From the NCBI GenBank assembly GCA_003245695.1, contig QKCK01000063.1:1-37175 (forward strand): DNA of 37,175 nucleotides, read 5' to 3'. This stretch comes from Bacteroidota bacterium (GTDB taxonomy: Bacteria; Bacteroidota; Bacteroidia; Bacteroidales; VadinHA17). The number at the start of each line of letters is the position of its first letter. Within the stretch, counting starts at the first letter, position 1. The notes beneath the pieces were generated by a model. It had not been told where the DNA came from and made no database searches. It saw nothing but the letters and a program-made list of their open reading frames with translations. Positions 28,043-36,854 of the stretch are shown here, in pieces. The position numbers and the translations under genes were made by a program.

Positions 28043-31000
28043 CTAGAATGTTAGCTGTGCTCCGAAGGTAAACTCCAGTGGACGGGGATAAGAACCCTGG
28101 TCGTTCCCGGTGTAGATCTCGGGCATCAGTCCGTCATACTGTGTAATATATCCCATATTGTATACACCGCCAAAGACTTCGAATCCGCTTACATAATGCA
28201 GTTTCTCAATGACTTTGGATGAGAACCTGTAGTTGAAAGAGATCTCCCTGAATGCCAGGAAATCGCCCTTGGAGTAATATAGCGAGTTATTGGTAGTATA
28301 ACCTGATGAGGATCCAAGGTTATTGGATTTCCTGAGGTGATTCCGGTATGTATAGTCAGCATCACTCTGAACAGTATACTTTGGAATAGATGCAATATCG
28401 CCCTGTTCTTTCCAGATATCATCGCTAAGGACATCAGTGAGAGTCATGTTGTTATTTCTCGCACTGCCAATAGATCTTCCTCTGAATGAGTTGTCAATGA
28501 CATGGCCCATGGCATAGTCGGCAACAACCCTTACTGTGAGTGATTTATAACGGAAGGTATTGACAATACCTCCGGTTTTGTCAGGACGGATATATCCCAT
28601 AAAGACCATATCCTGATGGTCTATCACATTATTACCGTCGACATCCTCCCAGATAGCGTCACCACCTTTTTTAGTACGTCCGTTGGCTTCTTCATCGTAT
28701 GGTGCACCAGCTGCATCAAGGTCAGTTGAATAGACACCTGTCAGATGATATGCCCAGCGACCGCCATATCTCTCACCTTCAGCAAAACCTCCAACACTCT
28801 TATATGTCTTGGTTTTGGGATCATAAACAGTATTACCTCCGATACGGTTTTTATCCTCTCCGTTATCAGGCAGATCAACAACTATTGATCTGTTGAATGA
28901 GAAGGTAAAGTCTATATTCCATGAGAAATCATTGATAGTCACCGGTGTGGCAGATAATTCAACCTCAAATCCACGTGTTCTGATGGTGCCATAATTACTT
29001 GTGATAGAGCTGAATCCTGTTGATGAGTCAAGAGGTTTGCTGAAGATTCTGTCAGAGGTTAACTTATTATAGTAATCAACAGCAACCATAATTTTGTTTT
29101 TAAGGAATCCAAAGTCAGCACCGAGGTCAAAGGAGGTTGTGGTCTCCCACCTGAGATACTTGTTTGCCAGAGTGGTGTTAAGTATCCCTACATCACCGGC
29201 ATATTGGTAATCAGTACTATACCGGCCCTGAGTGTCATATATTGATAGTTCGTTATTACCTGCCTGTCCCCAGCTTGATCTTATCTTAAAAGTGGGGATA
29301 TAGGTGGCTATTGGCTTCCAGAAAGATTCGTTATTCACATTCCATCCGGCAGAGATGCCAGGGAAAAATCCCCATTTGTTATTATCAGCAAATTTTGATG
29401 ATCCGTCATCCCTGAGACTGACAGAGGCAAGGTATTTGTTATCCCAGTCGTAACTCACACGCCCGAAGAAGCTGAGCATGGCATCGTATGATTGGGTGGT
29501 TGATATCTGCTGTGTCTCCGTTGAGGTGGCGTTGAGTGTCTTTACGTTATCAGTAGGAGCACCATAACCTGAGCCACTCATTGAATAATTGAAGTTGTTG
29601 ATGTAACTGGTTCCAATTACAGAGGCTACATGGCCTTTTTTCCCGATATCCCTCTTATAATTAAGCAGGAGGTCGACCTGTGCTTCCCTGATGAATGCAT
29701 CAGACTCCGAAGCATTCCGGTTGATGTTTACCTCGTTGTAGGCTTCAAAAGCAGAAGAACGGCTCTGTGTTGTGAACCAATATACTGATGGATTGAATGA
29801 TAACCCCGGAAGGATATCCCAGTCAGCACCTACTTTGATTGTGGTTCTGTATATTTTGTTGTCATCATATTGATCCCTGTAGTACAACTCATGATTTCTG
29901 TTTCTGAAAGAGGTTATTCCTTCGCCCGGGGCAGGAGTACCGTCTTCATAGGTAAGCCTGTAGGTGAAAGGCATGGTTACAGAGCGGCTTAATACATTCT
30001 GATAGCTGCTTACACTGTTATAGTCGCGTATCTGGTATTTTATATTTGTATACACTCTCCATGAGTCGGTTAGCTGATAGGTGCTGTTAAAGAGCAGGTT
30101 GTAGTTTTTTGTATAGGTACCCAGTACAATACCGCCTTGGTTAAGATATCCGAGACCAAGGTAATATGATGCTTTATCATCTCCACCGCTGATATTGAAG
30201 TCGTATGACTGCTTGTTGGCCTTCTGGAATGTGACATCCTGATAGTTGGTTTCCTTGAATATGAGCTTCTTGCCGGTAACAGGATCATCCATTGTCTCCC
30301 AGCCCTGGTTATCAATGAGGTCGGCTACATACTCTGAGCCATAGTTTTCGATATATGTGTCAAGAAACTCAAGAGTATTCTTAGTGTTCCTTGCATTTCC
30401 TGTAGACATACCGTATGTCCCTCCTGTGAGGAAGAGGCTTGGGTTTGTTGTATTATATAAAGAGGTGTTCAGGCGGCTGATGCGGATATAATCCCTGGCA
30501 CTTGTAAAACTGTATTTCTTACCCATCTGCTCAATGCCTGTTGTAACCTTGAAGTTAATGACAGGCTTACCCTTTATGGTGCCCGATTTAGTCTTTACGA
30601 TGATGATTCCGTTAGCGGCTCTGGCACCATAGATGGCAGTGGAGGCAGCATCCTTCAGCACCTGTACCGTCTCTATGTCATTACCATTCAGTTCGCTCAG
30701 GTTTCTGAGGCCTCCGACGATGCCGTCAACAATTATCAGAGGTGAGTCTCCCTCGGGTGAGGTAGAGGTACCTCCTCTTATGAATATCTGAGGGTTAGCT
30801 CCCGGCTGACCGTCAGATATCTGCAGGGTCAGACCTGCTACCTTGCCTTGCATCTGCACTATCGGGTTTGCTGTGGGAGCATTCTTAAACTCGTCAGAAT
30901 TTACTTTTGAGATTGAGGCGGTGACTTTTGATCTTGACTGTTCACCATAACCTACTATGACCACCTCTTCAAGACTCTTAACATCAGGAGTGAGACTTAC

Positions 31001-31348
31001 CTCAATATAATTTTCGCCTTTAAGGGTTACACTCTCTTTAATATACCCTATGCATGAAAATATCAGGACTCTCTTGTCGGCCGGGGCTTTCACTGCAAAT
31101 TTGCCGTCGGCGTCGGACATAGCTCCAATAAGTGTACCTTCCACAACAACATTTACTCCCGGGAGCAGCTCACCTGTGGAGGCATCTTTTATTATACCTG
31201 TAATCTCCTGGTAATTATTGTTTTGTGCTAAAATTGATGAACACAGGAGCATGAAAGACACTATAAGCAGCAGAGCCTTGCTTAGGACTGGTGCTATGGC
31301 ACTGCTGTTGTCAGGATAGGGTGACTTTAAAAAAGGATTTTTTTTCAT
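28043..31348 (-). CDS. SusC/RagA TonB-dependent transporter (NanO-like)
   Basis: LEEVVIVGYG, PLIIVDG, VLKDAASTAIYGARAANG, R.DGSSKF, LRWETT, C-terminal YP..F.FG..LTF. Confidence 0.97.
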   Translation of the reverse strand: MKKNPFLKSPYPDNSSAIAPVLSKALLLIVSFMLLCSSILAQNNNYQEITGIIKDASTGELLPGVNVVVEGTLIGAMSDADGKFAVKAPADKRVLIFSCIGYIKESVTLKGENYIEVSLTPDVKSLEEVVIVGYGEQSRSKVTASISKVNSDEFKNAPTANPIVQMQGKVAGLTLQISDGQPGANPQIFIRGGTSTSPEGDSPLIIVDGIVGGLRNLSELNGNDIETVQVLKDAASTAIYGARAANGIIIVKTKSGTIKGKPVINFKVTTGIEQMGKKYSFTSARDYIRISRLNTSLYNTTNPSLFLTGGTYGMSTGNARNTKNTLEFLDTYIENYGSEYVADLIDNQGWETMDDPVTGKKLIFKETNYQDVTFQKANKQSYDFNISGGDDKASYYLGLGYLNQGGIVLGTYTKNYNLLFNSTYQLTDSWRVYTNIKYQIRDYNSVSSYQNVLSRSVTMPFTYRLTYEDGTPAPGEGITSFRNRNHELYYRDQYDDNKIYRTTIKVGADWDILPGLSFNPSVYWFTTQSRSSAFEAYNEVNINRNASESDAFIREAQVDLLLNYKRDIGKKGHVASVIGTSYINNFNYSMSGSGYGAPTDNVKTLNATSTETQQISTTQSYDAMLSFFGRVSYDWDNKYLASVSLRDDGSSKFADNNKWGFFPGISAGWNVNNESFWKPIATYIPTFKIRSSWGQAGNNELSIYDTQGRYSTDYQYAGDVGILNTTLANKYLRWETTTSFDLGADFGFLKNKIMVAVDYYNKLTSDRIFSKPLDSSTGFSSITSNYGTIRTRGFEVELSATPVTINDFSWNIDFTFSFNRSIVVDLPDNGEDKNRIGGNTVYDPKTKTYKSVGGFAEGERYGGRWAYHLTGVYSTDLDAAGAPYDEEANGRTKKGGDAIWEDVDGNNVIDHQDMVFMGYIRPDKTGGIVNTFRYKSLTVRVVADYAMGHVIDNSFRGRSIGSARNNNMTLTDVLSDDIWKEQGDIASIPKYTVQSDADYTYRNHLRKSNNLGSSSGYTTNNSLYYSKGDFLAFREISFNYRFSSKVIEKLHYVSGFEVFGGVYNMGYITQYDGLMPEIYTGNDQGSYPRPLEFTFGAQLTF

Positions 31349-31513
31349 AGCTTTGTAATGTTTTGTTTGATTCCTGGCATAAATGATATTTCGCGGAATG
31401 AACTTTTCTTCCCTTAAATAGCCTTTGAGAGACTATTTCCGGCAGAAAAGCATACCCCTGAAATACCCGGGAAGAGAGGATGTCACTGTGGAGAGAGGCA
31501 TCCTCATTTTTTT
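31348..31513 (+). ncRNA. Candidate antisense small RNA upstream of susC
   Basis: Plus-strand TAGCTTTG -7 box at 31348-31355 and a GAGGATGTC/GGCATCCTC hairpin (31476-31505) followed by AT7, both oriented against the operon. Confidence 0.35.
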
Positions 31514-31561
31514 CTACTTGGAATGGGTTCTGCATCTGATTTTTGAATTTTGGTTAGTTTA

Positions 31562-32482
31562 TTACTTTTTGGCTATTCTCTGAAAGAATCCGATATCGTC
31601 GAGTTCTTTTTTCAGAGAGAGTTTTTCATCATCAGACAAGGTTCTCAAAGGAAGACGGCAAGGTCCGCACTCGACACCCAGAAACCCCATAATGGCCTTA
31701 CCTGCCAGTATTGCACCCTTGTATTTTACTAGTATATCAACCACTTTTACGCTGAACTGCTGCAGCTCTTTTGCCTTTTTCAGGTCGCCTTTACGGAAGG
31801 CATCCCAGAGTTCAAGGTAGACCGATGGCATGTAGTTGTATGTGCTTCCGACTGCGGCATTGACACCCAGTGTTATTCCGCACAGGAGTATCTCATCAAA
31901 GCCGTTGAGTACCTCATAGTATCCGTTGTCGAAGGCTATGCATTTCTGCATATCATACATGTCAGAATGAGTGAATTTCACCCCCGCAAAATTTTGTATC
32001 CGCTCTTTGGCAAGACTGAACAGCTCACTGACCTGGATATTCACTCCGGTCATTGACGGCATGTTGTAGTAGTAGAATGGCAGATCAGGAGCGGCAGCCG
32101 CTACCGGAGCCAGATATTCTATCAGGTCAGAAGCTTTTGCAGGCTTGAAGAATGAAGGTGCTATGCATCCAATGGCATATGCCCCTCTCTTCTCAGCATG
32201 TGCAGCAAGCTCCATGCTCTCGTGCTGGCAGTTACTACCAACATGGCATATTATCTTCAGCTTGTTGCCCGAGTACTTTATCCAGCTTTCAAGCACAGAC
32301 TTACGCTCTTCTGTTGTCAGAGAGAAACCCTCACCTGTTGTGCCACAGACAAAAGCCCCGGTAACACCGGAATTAATAAGATGATTGGCAAATAACTCAA
32401 TAGCGCCATTGTTGAGGTTCCCCCTTTCATCCATTGGAGTAAAGGGGGCGGCTATGAGTCCTTCCAGCTTTTTAAATTTCAT
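31562..32482 (-). CDS. nanA: N-acetylneuraminate lyase (DHDPS/NAL family)
   Basis: FVCGTTGEG, YYYN.P, GVKFT (Schiff-base Lys), GFDE and GSTYN; start moved to ATG 32482. Confidence 0.88.
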   Translation of the reverse strand: MKFKKLEGLIAAPFTPMDERGNLNNGAIELFANHLINSGVTGAFVCGTTGEGFSLTTEERKSVLESWIKYSGNKLKIICHVGSNCQHESMELAAHAEKRGAYAIGCIAPSFFKPAKASDLIEYLAPVAAAAPDLPFYYYNMPSMTGVNIQVSELFSLAKERIQNFAGVKFTHSDMYDMQKCIAFDNGYYEVLNGFDEILLCGITLGVNAAVGSTYNYMPSVYLELWDAFRKGDLKKAKELQQFSVKVVDILVKYKGAILAGKAIMGFLGVECGPCRLPLRTLSDDEKLSLKKELDDIGFFQRIAKK

Positions 32483-32519
32483 TTTCTTTCTGTTAAGATT
32501 GTTATTCGTTAAAGGATTA

Positions 32520-33725
32520 TTATTTAATGCATGCAAAAATTATCTCCGGGGTTCTGACACCTGGCTTCACCTCACCGCTGGTGATGATAAAACAGTTACC
32601 TGCCACCACAGCATTAGTTGTTACAGGCAGAGCAGAGGGTGAGCTACCTAGTTCAGAGATGCTGTTTGTTGCCGGATGATAGAGAACTACATTCCTTGAA
32701 AATCCGGAATGAGACTCATAAAAATCCAGTAACTCACTCTTTAAAGAGTCAATAATATCAGTGTATCTCTCCTTGTCTGTCCGGGAGGTATAAGCTGAGA
32801 TATCCTTTTTCAGATTGTACTCCCTGAATGCCAGATCGCTGCTTACGCCGCCGAAGATGAGTGTTCCTTTCTGCCCTGCAGGTGCTGCAGCTGCGGCCAT
32901 GAAAGGAAAGAGCGGGCCATTGGCCTCATCCAGCCTCCTCCATTGCTTCAATGCCGGGTTATACTCATAACCATCAGAGAGAACCTCCAGCGGGGCGTCA
33001 GGTGCGAAGTTACGACCGCTGAAGAGATAGAGACAGTTGTTATCACCGTTTCTGCCGGTGGCTGCCACTGCGAATGCACGTGGCGGGCCGGGCCATGATA
33101 CCACAGACTCCCATCCCTTCCACTTGTCGTTGATGTCAATAACAAAGAAGTTTCCTGTTGCCTTCTGATGGTTGATATCCTCAATACCACCAGCGATATA
33201 CACCTTACCGTCAACCAGCGCTCCGCTCATGTTTGCCAGTGGGACAGGCAGTGAAGGCCACTTTTCATATCTGAACTCACGGCCGTCATACCTCATAAGA
33301 AATACATCCGGGCTGGCATGTTGGGCGTCGCAACCGCCAATGCATAAAATGCCATCCGGGAGAGTAACAGATACTCCATAAGCAAGGTGACTGTAGAAAC
33401 TATCCGGATATGTCTCCCACTTTCTCTCATCCTTATTGACAGAGCATACGTAAATATCTTTCATGAAAGATTTCTGCCCTCCACGCCATGGCATCTCGTC
33501 CCTGAAATTAGCACCGCCGGCTATTATCAGCATCCCGTCTATGATGCCTGAGAATGCCCCGGCAACACCTGGCTGAACTGTGTCGCCCGGCAGAGGTGGC
33601 AATGTTGGAAACTCTCCCCAGTCAAGCCATGCAGATGTGTTGTTATTGCCATCACATCCCATGATGGCTTTAAAAATTGTAAAAACTGAAGCAAACATTA
33701 ATATTATAATAAGACTCTTCTTCAA
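32520..33725 (-). CDS. Kelch-repeat NanM-like (cyclically permuted) mutarotase
   Basis: AGGANF, AYG.S, CIGG, YIAGG, PR..A, SGR and GEVKPGVRTP motifs; TTG start. Confidence 0.8.
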   Translation of the reverse strand: MKKSLIIILMFASVFTIFKAIMGCDGNNNTSAWLDWGEFPTLPPLPGDTVQPGVAGAFSGIIDGMLIIAGGANFRDEMPWRGGQKSFMKDIYVCSVNKDERKWETYPDSFYSHLAYGVSVTLPDGILCIGGCDAQHASPDVFLMRYDGREFRYEKWPSLPVPLANMSGALVDGKVYIAGGIEDINHQKATGNFFVIDINDKWKGWESVVSWPGPPRAFAVAATGRNGDNNCLYLFSGRNFAPDAPLEVLSDGYEYNPALKQWRRLDEANGPLFPFMAAAAAPAGQKGTLIFGGVSSDLAFREYNLKKDISAYTSRTDKERYTDIIDSLKSELLDFYESHSGFSRNVVLYHPATNSISELGSSPSALPVTTNAVVAGNCFIITSGEVKPGVRTPEIIFACIK

Positions 33726-33765
33726 AACCGTAGTACTATTTATTCACCGACGATGTACGGGTCAG

Positions 33766-34497
33766 TTATTTTTTTGTAATCCCTTTGGAGAGGAAGCTAT
33801 AGTAAGGTGCAAAATGGTCAATCATTGCCTGACGGAAACCCTCCTTATCCCTCTTTTTAAGATAATTGAGGAGATCCTTGTGTGTCACACGTTTCCCTGA
33901 ACCCTCCAGTTCCATATTCGTTGGAAGAAAATAATCCTTGAATTTCTCTTTAAGAAAGACAGAGACGGGTCTTATAACCTCCTGAAACTCCGTGATTGTT
34001 TTGTTTCCGGTAATCTCATAAAGCTTGGTGTGAAACTCAAACTCGCTTACCGGAGTGTATTCCCCATAATTGAAGACCACGCCTCTGTCGACTATATCTT
34101 CTATCTCTTTAATATTCTCATCGGTGAGATTGTTAAATATCAGGTCGCATATACCTATCTCTAGTGCCACCCTGAATCCCAGGAGGTCAAAGAGCGCCTC
34201 ATCGCCCAGTATACGTGGTTCGACAACTCTTTTCAGGCTGCCAAGTATAGATGGCTCTGTGAGTATCATCCCTCTTCGGGTGCGCGATTCTATCAGGCCC
34301 AACATCCTCAGCCTGCTCAGTGCTTCTCTCAGGACACTCCTTCCCACGCCCAGGGCTTCAGCTAGTTCCTGTTCTTTCGGTATTGAATCACCAGGTTTGA
34401 GATTCATTATTTTAAAGTAGTCAAGTAGCTTATCCTCAACCTGATCCACTAAAGTGGTCTGATGATCTGTTATTTTCAAGTTATACATATTCGTCAT
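33766..34497 (-). CDS. GntR/FadR family regulator of the nan PUL
   Basis: LKPGD.IP.E.ELAE.LGVGRS.LREAL helix-turn-helix and FCD domain (R..LE, FH..LY..GN); start may instead be ATG 34488. Confidence 0.93.
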   Translation of the reverse strand: MTNMYNLKITDHQTTLVDQVEDKLLDYFKIMNLKPGDSIPKEQELAEALGVGRSVLREALSRLRMLGLIESRTRRGMILTEPSILGSLKRVVEPRILGDEALFDLLGFRVALEIGICDLIFNNLTDENIKEIEDIVDRGVVFNYGEYTPVSEFEFHTKLYEITGNKTITEFQEVIRPVSVFLKEKFKDYFLPTNMELEGSGKRVTHKDLLNYLKKRDKEGFRQAMIDHFAPYYSFLSKGITKK

Positions 34498-34516
34498 ATT
34501 TGTCAGACAAATATGA
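34494..34516. promoter_or_regulatory. Putative GntR/FadR operator
   Basis: Perfect palindrome TCATATTTGTC-A-GACAAATATGA with 11-bp arms. Confidence 0.7.
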
Positions 34517-34539
34517 ATAATAGTTTTTAATAATTCAAA
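34508..34539 (-). promoter_or_regulatory. Promoter of the nan operon
   Basis: Minus-strand TTTG (34536-34539), 20-nt spacer, CATATTTG (one mismatch to TAnnTTTG). Confidence 0.55.
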
Positions 34540-35112
34540 TTTTTTTTATGATTTTGACGAGAAATATTCCTGGTGTTGTTAAAATGAATCTGGGAATGAA
34601 TGGATGATTCAGTTTGCCAGGGTGAAGACATAAACCATGAAGGAATATTGGTTATTGTTTGGTGGGTGTGTTTAATTGTTCAAAGCAGAAGAGAATAGGA
34701 GTCTGCTATAATACAGATGTATAGAGTGTGTTTATGGTGATGTTTTTCCAGGATGGGGCGGAAGCCCATGCTAGTTGTTGAGTAATAGTTAAACATAATT
34801 TTTAACAGTTTATTTTGCATTAAATATTGGCTTGCAGGGGGCAAGGGTTATGCACAGTTGAATAAGTGTATAAACAAAAGGCGCTCAAAGACATATAGCA
34901 GGTTAAACAAGGCAGGTGGTTTTGCAATAAATATGGCAGGTTTTATTTCAAATTTACAGTATAAGTGCCGGGAATGTTAAAAAATTATACGCCGGAAAAA
35001 TAAAAATATTCTCATTTTGCCATTTAATAGGGGTTTTCGCTATATTTATGGCAGGAAAGGAATCTGCTGTTATCACTTCCTGCATTTTAAAGTTCTTAAT
35101 AAGTCGTTGTGT

Positions 35113-35463
35113 ATGAATGATACTGTTGTGAAAAGGTTCTCAGTGCAGCTGGGATTTGAAGAGATTTGTCTGCCTCCCTTTGAGGATATTCTTATACTTG
35201 GTCGTAAGTGTCCCCAGGGAAAGATAGGGCTTTCGAAGTCGTTTGAGTTACTTACGCCAAATGAGTTTGAGGTTTTTGAGATAGAGAGTCAGGTTATAGA
35301 GGCGGTTTTTATCAATAAGCGGATACTGCGTAAGATTGACAGGAAGTATGTGCTTCAGATACTTGAGGAGAAGGTTTTTCCTTATGTCTCTGAGTCGGAG
35401 ATTCTGAAGGTTGATTTTAAGCTGAGGGTTAATTTTGATTCGATAGAAATAGAGTATACATGA
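35113..35463 (+). CDS. Hypothetical cytoplasmic protein, 116 aa
   Basis: Start moved to ATG 35113; its stop overlaps the next start (ATGA). Confidence 0.75.
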   Translation: MNDTVVKRFSVQLGFEEICLPPFEDILILGRKCPQGKIGLSKSFELLTPNEFEVFEIESQVIEAVFINKRILRKIDRKYVLQILEEKVFPYVSESEILKVDFKLRVNFDSIEIEYT

Positions 35464-36581
35464 TAGTCGATGCGCTAATAAAGAGGGATTACCCTTTTGT
35501 GGATTTTCTTGCTGGTGTGAATGTTATAGAAGATGAGCTTATCGAGAAGAAGTATTTTGTTGTCTTTGATGAGGAGGTTGGTTTCAGGGGGATATTGACG
35601 CCGCATGATTTGGTTTTGCGGCCTCACAAGCTTGTGGCCGACTGTCTGGTTCCGAAGGATACTGTATCAGCTGACGACACACTTTCTGTCACGCTCGATC
35701 TGTTTGAGAGGAACAATACCATTGCGTTGGCAGTATTTAAGGATGGTGATTTTGAGGGTATCCTGGAGAAGGAGACAGTAATTGAGGAGCTTCACAGGGA
35801 GTTCAGGGCGTTGAGTCAGAAGAGTGTGATCTCGGAGAGGGTAAAGAGCAATTTTCTTGAGAACATATCGCATGAGATCCGTACGCCCTTGAACGGCATT
35901 ACCGGTTTCATTGAGTTACTCAGGGATTACAGGGAGATGTCGACCATAGATGAGAGGGAGAGGGCTCATGATATTATATCTGAGTGTATGGATCGCTTTC
36001 TTTTTTCGATGCAGAATCTGCTGGAGCTCTCTCTGATACAGTCGGGGATAAAGAGTTGTCTTAAGGAGGAGAGAGTAAGTATAGGTAAGATGTTTTCGGG
36101 CATTGAGCGTTATTTTGATACTGTAGAGGTTCGGTTTGAGGAGAAGAAGAGGATAATATTCACTGAGAGCGAAGAGGACTTAAGTATTTTCACTGACAGG
36201 GAGGTATTGACGGAGGTGGTATATCATCTTATAACCATGGCGCATACCGTTTTCAATACTGAGAGTATATATATAGGTTACACGGTATATGATGGTGGTG
36301 ATGACGTTGTGTTATATGTCTCTGACCACAGGCTTTTGATGGAGGAGCAGTCTCCGTTGTTTCTTGCAGATCTCTTCTCTGATGAGCGTGAGAAGGAGTT
36401 TGTCAGTGACGGTATGGGTATAGGGTTGATATTGATAAAGGAATATGGATCGTTGATAAATGCAGAAATAAAGACAAACAGGGGTCAGGTGATAGACCGG
36501 TTTTACTGCAGGGTACCTATGCGTGGTGATGGGGAGTTGTTGGAAGTCAGTGTATCAGAGGCGGGTATGCGGCAGTGTTGA
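35460..36581 (+). CDS. Soluble CBS-domain/HisKA protein with a degenerate HATPase domain
   Basis: CBS-like segments FVVFD...FRGILT..DL and LAVF.DG.FEGIL; H box SHEIRTPLNGI; G2 box GMGIGL; N and G1 boxes degenerate. Confidence 0.85.
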   Translation: MIVDALIKRDYPFVDFLAGVNVIEDELIEKKYFVVFDEEVGFRGILTPHDLVLRPHKLVADCLVPKDTVSADDTLSVTLDLFERNNTIALAVFKDGDFEGILEKETVIEELHREFRALSQKSVISERVKSNFLENISHEIRTPLNGITGFIELLRDYREMSTIDERERAHDIISECMDRFLFSMQNLLELSLIQSGIKSCLKEERVSIGKMFSGIERYFDTVEVRFEEKKRIIFTESEEDLSIFTDREVLTEVVYHLITMAHTVFNTESIYIGYTVYDGGDDVVLYVSDHRLLMEEQSPLFLADLFSDEREKEFVSDGMGIGLILIKEYGSLINAEIKTNRGQVIDRFYCRVPMRGDGELLEVSVSEAGMRQC

Positions 36582-36621
36582 AGTAAAAAGAGTCTATTGT
36601 GAAAAATAAATAAAAATTTAC

Positions 36622-36629
36622 TATTTTTG
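36622..36629 (+). promoter_or_regulatory. -7 box (TATTTTTG), probably driving the repeat leader and tRNA-Cys
   Basis: Matches TAnnTTTG just upstream of the first repeat unit. Confidence 0.5.
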
Positions 36630-36634
36630 CAGGC

Positions 36635-36782
36635 ACGATGGTCGGTTGTCCGCCAGTTGATGGTGAGGCAATGGATCAGAAGTAAAAGGGTCAGCTGTTC
36701 TACTTTTGATGGTGAGACAGCAGATCAGAAATACGATGGTCGGTTGTCCGCCAGCTGGCGGATAGGCATGATCAGCAAAACA
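36635..36782 (+). repeat. Three tandem ~49-bp degenerate copies of the tRNA-Cys 5' half
   Basis: Units start at 36635, 36684 and 36733; units 1 and 2 align ungapped at 34/49; units 1 and 3 share 22 identical bp; units 1 and 3 contain GGTCGGTTG as in the tRNA, unit 2 has GGTCAGCTG. Confidence 0.75.
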
Positions 36783-36783
36783 G

Positions 36784-36854
36784 GGTCGGTTGGCCGAGTG
36801 GCTAGGCATCGGTCTGCAAAACCGGGTACGGCGGTTCGAATCCGCCACCGACCT
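36784..36854 (+). tRNA. tRNA-Cys (GCA)
   Basis: Acceptor stem GGTCGGT/ACCGACC, anticodon loop CTGCAAA, T arm GGCGG-TTCGAAT-CCGCC, U discriminator; CCA not encoded. Confidence 0.95.

Noticed and set aside
31338-31345. A8 tract right after the susC ATG
   Set aside because: A common MKK(N) start and too short to claim slipped-strand phase variation
34520-35110. Possible oriC or ncRNA in the 600-bp AT-rich gap, with one TTATGCACA DnaA-like box near 34848
   Set aside because: Only one good box, no evident skew switch, no origin-associated genes and no convincing RNA structure by eye
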